A stretch of DNA of 64,000 nt, from NCBI GenBank assembly GCA_035271645.1, contig DATERJ010000012.1, forward strand, positions 28,964 through 92,963, written 5' to 3'. This document shows, piece after piece, positions 56,242 to 64,000 of the stretch. The notes under the pieces were generated by a model. It was given only the letters and a program-made list of their open reading frames with translations, made no database searches and was not told the origin of the DNA. A program made the position numbers and the translations under genes. Numbering within the stretch: position 1 is the first letter of the stretch; every line of letters starts with the position of its first letter. This DNA is from Candidatus Dojkabacteria bacterium. Its GTDB lineage: Bacteria; Patescibacteriota; Dojkabacteria; SC72.

Positions 56242-57267
56242 TTAGAGTACTATTCCAACGTATAGCCCTACGATACAAGCTGCAAGTGCAAAGAGCCAAA
56301 ATCTCATTACTACTTTGTATTGTGGCCATCCATTAGCTTGGAAGTGATGGTGTATCGGTGCAATTTTGAAGACTCTTTTCTTAAAGAATCTTAGGCTGAC
56401 AATCTGTATTAAGCTTGAAGCCATAATACCCCATGTGATTGATGACATGATGAAATATGGAATGAGGTTGTTTGTTATCAGTCCGATGTAGAACATTGCA
56501 AAACCAAGTGGCATAGCTCCAGGTCCACCATTCCAGAATCTTGCAGGAGGGATATTGAAGTAAAGGTCAATGATTTTAACACCGAGCATGATAGCTAGTA
56601 TTGGGACAAACTCGTATTGTTGTTGTACGAGAAGTAGGATTGTCATAAATATGTTAATTATCATAAAGATTCCGACCATTAAACCATCTGCACCATCAGT
56701 TAGTTCTGCAGAATATATTGCAAACTGCCCTACTACTCCACTAATTGCTGCAACAAGAGGTGTGAAGTTAATGACAAGTCCACTCCATGGAGTTAACTCC
56801 TTTAGATGGCCAGTTTTTTGTAGAAGTAACATTACTCCAATATTCATTAGTATTGAAAAAAATAACTTTGCTAATCTCCACCCGAAGGTTTCTTGGAAGG
56901 CTCTCATTTTCTCATTATTCTTAAAGCCATTTGTAAAAATGACAACATCAATTAGCCCCCATATACCAAAGAGAATAAATCCTATTAAGAATACTCTGAC
57001 AAGTTCAGATATGGGAATTGTGAAAAGTATGATTGTTGGGACAATGATGAGTATCATTAAACCTCCCATATTTGGTGTTCCATTTGTAGTTGTTGTCTTC
57101 ATGATTTTCATGAAGAGAGAGTTATCCCCATCTCCTATCTTTGTTTTCTTTATCCCACTAACTTGATTCAATTTGTATAACAGGGAAATCATTATTGGAG
57201 CAAATACTATAGATACTCCAACTGCTAGGAATAGTAATTCTAAACTTTTCTTTAAAACATCTGCCAT
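56242..57267 (-). CDS. mraY: MraY-like translocase with divergent active site
   Basis: TP.MGG, LTDG.DGL, N..PA, APIHHHF...GW motifs; position after ftsI in the dcw cluster. Confidence 0.85.
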   Translation of the reverse strand: MADVLKKSLELLFLAVGVSIVFAPIMISLLYKLNQVSGIKKTKIGDGDNSLFMKIMKTTTTNGTPNMGGLMILIIVPTIILFTIPISELVRVFLIGFILFGIWGLIDVVIFTNGFKNNEKMRAFQETFGWRLAKLFFSILMNIGVMLLLQKTGHLKELTPWSGLVINFTPLVAAISGVVGQFAIYSAELTDGADGLMVGIFMIINIFMTILLLVQQQYEFVPILAIMLGVKIIDLYFNIPPARFWNGGPGAMPLGFAMFYIGLITNNLIPYFIMSSITWGIMASSLIQIVSLRFFKKRVFKIAPIHHHFQANGWPQYKVVMRFWLFALAACIVGLYVGIVL

Positions 57268-57301
57268 TTGTTAGAACAAATAAGGTTAACTATTTATTAT
57301 C

Positions 57302-59158
57302 TCAATTTCTCTTCTTAATTTCCATATCATCTGCAATTTCTAAGAAAATGTCTCGCCAGACTGGTACAGTAGTTAATGAAGCAAAGTTTGCAATCTGTGG
57401 TTCTTCTAGTCTTACAATCATTAGCATTTTAGGGTCTTCTGCTGGGGCAAAACCAATTACTGTATCATTGGTGTAATCTGTTTTGTATCCAGCTTCGCCT
57501 TGTTTTGCAATCTGTGCTGTTCCTGTTTTAGCAGCAATTGAATAGTTGCGGAGTTCTCTTCCTAACCCTCCAAGTAGTCCATTGTCGACTGCCTTTTTCA
57601 TAGCATCTCTAACAATATTTGCATTTTCTGCAGACACAGGTTGTGAGAGAATTTGTGGCTTTGTTTTTATTGTTTCATTTTCATCTGTAATTTCTTCTAT
57701 AATGTATGGTCTCATCCTAACTCCTTCGTTTGCAAGTGCACTAAATGCTGATACTGCTTGGAGTGAGGTCGCAGAGATGGCTTGTCCATATGATGATGTA
57801 ATGACATCTAATTTGGTCCAATATTTAAATGGTTTGAGGAAGCTAGTTGCCTCATCTTGAAGTCCTATTCCTATAAACTTGCCTATTCCAAAATCTTGTA
57901 ATGCTTTGTAATATTTTTCAGCATCAATTTCTAGCCCCATTCTTGCAGCACATGGATTATTTGATGTTTTAAATATTTCAGCCATGTCTAATTTCCCAGC
58001 TGCTCTTTTGTTCCAAGTATATACTTTTGAACCTTTCAAATCAGCATACCCAGTAGCTTTGTATAAATCTAGATAACCCGTATTATCAAGGCATTGGTAA
58101 TCTTTTGTTATCGCTCCATTTTCTAGTGCAATTGCTGCTGTAATTGGTTTTTGGATAGAACCGTATTCGTAGACATCTGCTACCGCTTTGTTTTTTAACA
58201 CCCATGCTTCTGGGGCTCGCCAGTATTCTGCAGGATTGTATGTTGGGTAGTTTGCCATAACTAAAATCGCTCCTGTCTTAGGGTCCATTATTATAACTGA
58301 ACCACTTTTTGCTCTGGTATGCTTTACGCCCTCTTCTAATATTTTCTCAACCTTGCTTTGGAGGTTTGGCACTATTGTTAATTTAAAATCTTTTCCTTCT
58401 CTGGGCAATACAGGTAAATATTCGGAGGTTAAAATAACATTACCGGCGGAGTCTTTCTCTTCATATGAGTATCCTTGTCGGCCGTTAATATCACCAAAAT
58501 AGTAGCCCTGTATACCGTACTGTCCAACAGATTCTCCTTCTGCATCTTGCCCTATGAATCCTAGTACATGTGCAGCTAATGTGTTGTTAGGATAGATTCT
58601 TCTCTCCCTCCTTTCGAAATGTAGTCCAAATCCTCTTGTGTTCTTTCCAAAAATCTCAAGGATTTCTAGGGCTTTTTTCTTCTCTGTAGAAACATCTTTT
58701 TGTATAGGGGCATATACAAAGTCTTCTGTAAGTTTAGATTCTACCTCTTCTTTTGTAATTCCTAGTATCCCAGACACTTCTGTGGCAAAAGCTTCTTTGT
58801 TATCAAAAAAAAGCTTTCTTTCTTTTTCATCCTTGCTGAGTGTTGCATAGACATCCCAAACAGGCTCATCAACAGCTAAGACTGTATTATCTGCTGCAGT
58901 TACTTTTCCTCGAGGTGCTACAGAGATATGGGTTGCTCTGTACTGTTCTTGGGACATATCTTTGAACTTTGAAGCATAGATAATCTGCCACCTAAAAGCC
59001 TGTGTTATTACAACAACTGCAAGTATGATTATTCCCACGACAAGAATCTTCAGACTGTTAAAACCCTTGTTCTTCTTCGATTTGGAGGTAAAACCCATTC
59101 TACGTTTTCTTGGATGACCACTTAGGTTTACTTTGTGTATGTGTGACAGGCTAGCCAT
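57302..59158 (-). CDS. ftsI: Class B PBP, cell division transpeptidase
   Basis: RIYP....AHVLG, GSIQK (SxxK), SNN (SxN), KTGTAQ; dcw position. Confidence 0.92.
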   Translation of the reverse strand: MASLSHIHKVNLSGHPRKRRMGFTSKSKKNKGFNSLKILVVGIIILAVVVITQAFRWQIIYASKFKDMSQEQYRATHISVAPRGKVTAADNTVLAVDEPVWDVYATLSKDEKERKLFFDNKEAFATEVSGILGITKEEVESKLTEDFVYAPIQKDVSTEKKKALEILEIFGKNTRGFGLHFERRERRIYPNNTLAAHVLGFIGQDAEGESVGQYGIQGYYFGDINGRQGYSYEEKDSAGNVILTSEYLPVLPREGKDFKLTIVPNLQSKVEKILEEGVKHTRAKSGSVIIMDPKTGAILVMANYPTYNPAEYWRAPEAWVLKNKAVADVYEYGSIQKPITAAIALENGAITKDYQCLDNTGYLDLYKATGYADLKGSKVYTWNKRAAGKLDMAEIFKTSNNPCAARMGLEIDAEKYYKALQDFGIGKFIGIGLQDEATSFLKPFKYWTKLDVITSSYGQAISATSLQAVSAFSALANEGVRMRPYIIEEITDENETIKTKPQILSQPVSAENANIVRDAMKKAVDNGLLGGLGRELRNYSIAAKTGTAQIAKQGEAGYKTDYTNDTVIGFAPAEDPKMLMIVRLEEPQIANFASLTTVPVWRDIFLEIADDMEIKKRN

Positions 59159-59160
59159 AG

Positions 59161-59466
59161 TTACTTGTTTGCGACAACAGATGTCTCTTGCAAGTATACA
59201 ACGGTTTTTTGATTTGATGAAGACAATGAAAGAGACTTGTCTGCTAATTGTCGTATTACTGTAATTGAATTACTCTTTGCAATCTCTTCTTCCATTCCCC
59301 TGTTTTCTTCAACAAGGTAGTTCTTTTCACTGTTTAATTTTTGTAGTTCTGTTCCAAGAGGAGCAAGGATAGAGTTTGCGACCAGTTGAGAGAGAATGAA
59401 TGCAAGTAGTGAGAAAATGAAGAGTGTAGTACATATATTTTGCTTTATTTTACTAATAATTTTCAC
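59161..59466 (-). CDS. ftsL: FtsL-like bitopic coiled-coil protein
   Basis: TM plus coiled coil; between rsmH and ftsI. Confidence 0.65.
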   Translation of the reverse strand: MKIISKIKQNICTTLFIFSLLAFILSQLVANSILAPLGTELQKLNSEKNYLVEENRGMEEEIAKSNSITVIRQLADKSLSLSSSNQKTVVYLQETSVVANK

Positions 59467-59474
59467 AGAATCTT

Positions 59475-60371
59475 TTAATTTTTAATTAATGTTCTTAATT
59501 TGGCAGAAGCGGAGCGAGGATTTGAAATTCTCTCTTCATCGGTTGGGGCAATGTGTTTTGAAAAAAGCAAATTCCCTTCTCCGCTTCTCGATTTTTCTAA
59601 ATTAAAGTTTTTAACGATGCGATCTTCTAATGAATGGAATGTAATTACTGAGAGTCTTCCATTCTTGTTTAAGATCTCAAAAGATTTATCTAATGCCTTC
59701 TCTAAACTACCCAACTCATCGTTTACCACGATTCGCAGGGCCTGAAAGACCCTGCGAGAAGGGTTCTTAGTAAAGGAGTTCTCAGCAGCCGGTACTGCTT
59801 TGTAGATAAGTCTTGTAAGATCTCCAACTGTATTGATATTAGAGATGTTCTTTTTGATTTCTTTGGCAATTCTTTGTGCATATCTTTCTTCTCCATATGT
59901 CCAGAAGATTCTAGCTAGTTCTTTCTCTGAGAGTACATTTAGTAAATCTTTTGCTGTTACTCCTAATCCTTCATCCATTCTCATGTCTAAAGGTTCTTTT
60001 TCTTCTTGGTAGCTAAATCCTCTGTTGTGAGATTCTTCTAGTTGTCTTGAAGAAAGACCAATATCAAGTAGTATTCCATCTGGTTGTCTACCTTTTCCAA
60101 ATTCTTTTACAACTTTATCAATCTTGGAAAAGTTAGACTTAACGATTATCCAGTTATCAAGGATTGATTCTTTGTAGTACTCTTTAACAAAATCAATTGC
60201 ATGTTGGTCTTGGTCTATGCTGATTAAGAGTCCTTTTGGTGAGAGCCTTTTGAGAATCTCAAAACTATGCCCACCATCACCTAGTGTTCCATCAATGTAA
60301 AAGCCATCCTCTTTTATTGCTAAGGAATCAATCGTTTCATTAAGAAGTACTGGAATATGAATCTTATCCAT
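59475..60371 (-). CDS. rsmH: 16S rRNA C1402 N4-methyltransferase
   Basis: HIPVL, DGTLG.GGH, D.G.SS.Q, LDMRMD, FQALRI.VN.EL, FHSLEDR, NPRS.SAKLR. Confidence 0.98.
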   Translation of the reverse strand: MDKIHIPVLLNETIDSLAIKEDGFYIDGTLGDGGHSFEILKRLSPKGLLISIDQDQHAIDFVKEYYKESILDNWIIVKSNFSKIDKVVKEFGKGRQPDGILLDIGLSSRQLEESHNRGFSYQEEKEPLDMRMDEGLGVTAKDLLNVLSEKELARIFWTYGEERYAQRIAKEIKKNISNINTVGDLTRLIYKAVPAAENSFTKNPSRRVFQALRIVVNDELGSLEKALDKSFEILNKNGRLSVITFHSLEDRIVKNFNLEKSRSGEGNLLFSKHIAPTDEERISNPRSASAKLRTLIKN

Positions 60372-60807
60372 TCTTACCTTCTGACATCTTACTTATCTCT
60401 TGAGCTATTTCATCTCCATGCTTTTGTAGGTACTCTACTCTTTCTGCCCATTTCTTTGCATCCCAAATTTCAATCCAGTTAACGAGTCCTATGAATACAA
60501 TTTCATCTGTTAAACCTGCATGGTCGAAAAGAGCTTGAGGGATTACAAATCTTCCTTGTCCATCCATCTCAATTTCTTTTGCACTTCCTACTAAGAATCT
60601 ACTTGTATCTCTAATATTTTTATCTGTAAAAGAGCCATTCATTACATCTTTTGCAACATTTTCCCACATTTTCTTGTTTACAAGGATTAGGGCTTCTTCA
60701 TATCCTCTGGTGAGAATTAAATCTTCACCAATCTCTTCCCTAAACTTTGTTGGAAGTGATACTCTTTTCTTTTCTCCTACTTTACTTTTGTATTCTCCGA
60801 TTATCAT
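60364..60807 (-). CDS. mraZ: Transcriptional regulator MraZ
   Basis: K.RVSLP.KFR, DGQGRFVIP, IEIWD; first gene of the dcw cluster. Confidence 0.96.
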   Translation of the reverse strand: MIIGEYKSKVGEKKRVSLPTKFREEIGEDLILTRGYEEALILVNKKMWENVAKDVMNGSFTDKNIRDTSRFLVGSAKEIEMDGQGRFVIPQALFDHAGLTDEIVFIGLVNWIEIWDAKKWAERVEYLQKHGDEIAQEISKMSEGKNG

Positions 60808-60828
60808 GTTTTGACTATATCATATTTC

Positions 60829-60883
60829 ACCACTTTCTACCACTTCTTGCCACTAATATAGCTTGGGGGGCTTGGGGTGTCAA
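60829..60883 (-). promoter_or_regulatory. mraZ promoter and MraZ operator repeats
   Basis: TTGACA (60878-83)-17-TATATT (60855-60); three AGTGG repeats with 10-bp period, GTGG cores at 60830, 60840 and 60850. Confidence 0.8.
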
Positions 60884-61000
60884 GAGAAAAACATTACAGG
60901 CTCGAATATAACACTCTGGGCCACATACTTCTCTAAAAGTAAAGCCATTTTCTATATGTGTGCTCTCCCTATTGTCATCTCCTCTGGAACCGATAGGTTT

Positions 61001-61184
61001 TAGGTCTGACCTAGGTTAGACCTTCGATTTCCTTCGGTTTTCGCATTGTACAATCGTTTCCTAGTCCAAAGCGCCGTATTTCGGATGAACTTTGTAAGCC
61101 GAAATCAGAAGTGTCCAAACCAACAAACCTTGATAGGTAGGTAGATAGGTATGGAAAACAGGGGACAGATCTGGGACAGACCCT
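61001..61184. mobile_element. REP/REPIN- or MITE-like element, copy 3 (184 bp; inverted relative to copy 1)
   Basis: Ends TAGGTCTGACCTAGGTTAGACCTT and GGGGACAGATCTGGGACAGACCCT; same length and core as 7937-8120. Confidence 0.8.
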
Positions 61185-61257
61185 AAAGATGTTGGGCTTG
61201 CTAAATAACGGTAGAAGCAATATATTATGTTAAGGATAAACTTAGAACTGTACTGCT

Positions 61258-62637
61258 ATGAAGATTTTTCTAAAAGATATTAAGGAGAGATTTCCAGAGT
61301 TTGAGTTTCAAAACTACGATGAAAATGCTTTTTTCACAGGATTCTGTTATGACTCCAGAGATGTCACAGAAGGTGACTTGTATATCCCCATTGTTGGTGA
61401 AAGGTTTGATGGTCATGCTTTTGTTGTTTCCGCTTTAGAGAATGGTTGTTCTGTAAGTTTGTGTGAAAGTACTAAAAAATCTTTTTGTGAGGAAGCAAAT
61501 GGTCCAATAATTCTGGTTGATTCCATTGAGGAAGGGTTAATGAAAATCCTCAACTACTCCATTGGGTATATAAAGAAGCCGGTGGTGGCAATTACAGGTA
61601 GTACAGGAAAGAGTACAACGAGGAGGATGATTGTTCATATAGTTGAGAAGCATCTAAAGGTACTTTCCTCAAGTAAGTATAATACTGTGTGGGGGAATGC
61701 AAGGTTGCTTGGTCAATATGCAAATGAAGATGTAATTGTATTGGAATGTGGAATGGATCGAGTTGGAGAGATTGCATGGCATGTTAATTCTGTAGATCCA
61801 GACATAGGTGTTCTTTTGAATGTTTGTGATGTACATGCAGAGAAGGTTGGTGGTATAGAGAATGTGTTTAAGGAGAAGAAAGATTTGGCTGACTATATGG
61901 AGCGAACAGGAAAGCCTCTTGTGTTAAATATTGATGATGAAAGATTGAGACATATTCTGGAGGCATATAACAAGGAGGCACAGTTAATTACATATGGGCA
62001 AAACCCAGAAGCAGATTTTGTCTTAAGTGATATTGTTGTTGACCACGAAGGTACGCATTTTAAGTTTAGATATTATGATGCTAATGTTGTTTCGGTAGAT
62101 TTAAGTGTATATGGAGAGGGTTTTGCATATGATGCCATGGCGGCAATCATTGTAGCTAATGAATTGGGTGTAAGTATTGCTGATTGTGTCAAAAATCTGA
62201 GAGATTATGAAAATCAAGATGGTAGGTTCCAAGTTTTAGAGTATGGAGACCTTGTAATTGTAAATGATGGTTACAATGCTAATCCTGTTTCTATGAAGAT
62301 GGCTTTAGAGACATTTTCTAATCTCTACTTAGAGAACTACTATACTATCGCAATTCTAGGAGATATGAGAGAGCTAGGAGATGTATCAGATGACAGACAC
62401 AAGGAGATTGCTGATTTAGTTAAGGAATATGAGTTTAATGAAGTCTACTTAATTGGTGACCTATGGGGAGATTCGGATGTCGGAGAGAAGATTGCTTCTG
62501 CAGATGAAGTTGCCGCTCTGTTAAATGCTAAATTACAGGGTCTAAAAAACAGGAAGGTTGCAATCCTACTCAAAGGTAGTCATAGACATGGTCTTTATCA
62601 AGTACCAGACTTTCTTAAAAAGCTTGGAGCAGTCTAG
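61258..62637 (+). CDS. murF: UDP-MurNAc-tripeptide:D-Ala-D-Ala ligase
   Basis: DSR, GERFDGH.F, ITGSTGKST, LECGM...GEI, ND.YNANP.SM, LGDMRELG, LLKGS. Confidence 0.93.
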   Translation: MKIFLKDIKERFPEFEFQNYDENAFFTGFCYDSRDVTEGDLYIPIVGERFDGHAFVVSALENGCSVSLCESTKKSFCEEANGPIILVDSIEEGLMKILNYSIGYIKKPVVAITGSTGKSTTRRMIVHIVEKHLKVLSSSKYNTVWGNARLLGQYANEDVIVLECGMDRVGEIAWHVNSVDPDIGVLLNVCDVHAEKVGGIENVFKEKKDLADYMERTGKPLVLNIDDERLRHILEAYNKEAQLITYGQNPEADFVLSDIVVDHEGTHFKFRYYDANVVSVDLSVYGEGFAYDAMAAIIVANELGVSIADCVKNLRDYENQDGRFQVLEYGDLVIVNDGYNANPVSMKMALETFSNLYLENYYTIAILGDMRELGDVSDDRHKEIADLVKEYEFNEVYLIGDLWGDSDVGEKIASADEVAALLNAKLQGLKNRKVAILLKGSHRHGLYQVPDFLKKLGAV

Positions 62638-63926
62638 TCAACCCAAGAGATATCTGCACCAAGTTTCTGTAAGTTTTCAACAAAGTTAGGATGTGCTCTT
62701 TTGATTGGGTCTGCATCTCTGATAATGCTCTCACCTTTAATTGTTAGTGCTACCATCATTAGTGCTACAGTTGCTCGGATAATGTTTGGACTGTCAACGG
62801 TTGCAGGTTTTAGAGGTTTGTCTCCAAACACGATTATCCTGAATGGATCACACATCACAATATGTGCTCCGAATTTCATCATTTCAGGAATCCAGAAGAG
62901 TCCTCCTTCGTATAACTTGTTCCAGAACATGATATTACCTTCTGATTTAACAGCAAGAGCTATCATTAGTGGCATTAAATCTACTGGGAAATATGGCCAT
63001 GGAGCTGCCTCTATTTTCTGTAGCATATTCTTTGTGTACGGTTCTTCTATTACAAGTTTCTCTACTGGCTTGACGATTGCAGTTTCTTCTTCATATTCAA
63101 TATCAACACCAAATTTTTTAAATGCTTTGACAATGAGTGGAAAATGCTCTGGTTCCGCCCTGTTTACTCTAACCTCTCCTCCAGTCATTGCACCTAAAGC
63201 AAGAAGTGTTGTAATCTCATGGTGGTCAGAAGAAATTGTGAAATCAGTTCCGTGTAATTCTTTTACTCCTGTAATCTTTAGAGTTGAGGACCCTATTCCT
63301 TCAATTTTTGCACCCATTGAGACAAGGAAGTTACAAAGGTCTTGAACATGTGGCTCAGATGCAGCATTCACCATAGTCGATGTTCCTTCTGCTTTGGATG
63401 CCGCCATTGCGAAGTTCTCTGTTGTTGTGACACTCATATAATCTTGCCAGAGAAATCCACCTTCGAGTCCATTACTTATATCAATCTTTAAGGTTGTCTC
63501 ATCATAAACCTTAGCACCAAGTCCTTGTAGAACCTCAATATGTGGATCTAGCTCTCTAATTCCTAAAGAACATCCCCCTATTTCTTTTCTAACCTCTATC
63601 TTTTTCATTCTTGTAGCTAATGGACCAAGGAGTAGGACTGCACCGCGCATCCCCATTGGAAAACCTTCTTCATCAAATTCATTTTTGAAGTTAGAGTTGT
63701 TAATCTTTAGAACACACTTCTCCTTATTCCAATCAATCTTAGAACCCATTGATTTCATTAGTTCGATAAGTTTGTTGACATCTGTAAGATCAGGCATATT
63801 TCGAATTATGACATCTTCATTTGTAAGGAGTGATGCACAAAGAATTGGTAATGCAGAGTTTTTGTTTCCTGCCGGAGTAATTTCTCCACTTAATACATTG
63901 CCTCCGCGTACTAAAAGGTTTGACAT
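62634..63926 (-). CDS. murA: UDP-N-acetylglucosamine 1-carboxyvinyltransferase
   Basis: G.KNSALP, GGCSLG.R (Cys loop), SVTTTEN, NAASEPHV.DL, P.P.FP.D. Confidence 0.95.
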   Translation of the reverse strand: MSNLLVRGGNVLSGEITPAGNKNSALPILCASLLTNEDVIIRNMPDLTDVNKLIELMKSMGSKIDWNKEKCVLKINNSNFKNEFDEEGFPMGMRGAVLLLGPLATRMKKIEVRKEIGGCSLGIRELDPHIEVLQGLGAKVYDETTLKIDISNGLEGGFLWQDYMSVTTTENFAMAASKAEGTSTMVNAASEPHVQDLCNFLVSMGAKIEGIGSSTLKITGVKELHGTDFTISSDHHEITTLLALGAMTGGEVRVNRAEPEHFPLIVKAFKKFGVDIEYEEETAIVKPVEKLVIEEPYTKNMLQKIEAAPWPYFPVDLMPLMIALAVKSEGNIMFWNKLYEGGLFWIPEMMKFGAHIVMCDPFRIIVFGDKPLKPATVDSPNIIRATVALMMVALTIKGESIIRDADPIKRAHPNFVENLQKLGADISWVD

Positions 63927-64000
63927 ATTTTAATTAATTAAAATTTATATTATCTACAATTTTTTGAGCTGCGTTGGGTATAAAGATTCTTTTTCTTTTC

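Noticed and set aside
7937-61184. CRISPR array or integron interpretation of the palindromic repeats
   Set aside because: Only dispersed pairs tens of kb apart; no regular repeat-spacer array, cas gene or integrase in the window
1-64000. Alternative genetic code (UGA=Gly, code 25)
   Set aside because: Conserved genes are full length in code 11, and TGA ends genes at expected positions (e.g. dus, truB, ftsI)

Overview
Gene-dense, AT-rich bacterial chromosomal window read in genetic code 11. Gene content suggests a reduced-genome CPR/Patescibacteria organism, possibly Dojkabacteria-like (inference): membrane-anchored Clp ATPase, trigger factor without the PPIase domain, a sortase, degenerate enzymes and leaderless genes. 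Core genes: rnc (partial), nusB, rpmF, dus, tRNA-Val(GAC), clpP, tig, mutS, a class A PBP, pheST, thrS-infC-rpmI-rplT, rsmD, recG, a RelA/SpoT homolog, tyrS, rarA, truB, rsmI, tatD, mraZ-rsmH-ftsL-ftsI-mraY, murF and murA. Accessory blocks: an enoate reductase + two-subunit aconitase X operon, an ORFan cluster at the tRNA 3' end, and a CDP-polyol/teichoic-acid-like polymer locus. The most striking unexplained structures are: (1) three 170-184 bp non-coding elements bounded by AGGTCTGACCT-type double palindromes, two of which share a 91-bp core; (2) three unrelated stand-alone genes with a shared promoter, boxA-like, SD leader and long 3' hairpin, two of the hairpins sharing sequence; (3) a candidate Thr leader-peptide translational attenuator upstream of thrS; (4) apparent pseudoenzymes (PEP synthase His->Asp, MraY missing catalytic Asp residues, a degenerate RelA/SpoT). 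All calls come from reading motifs by eye; no database searches were run.
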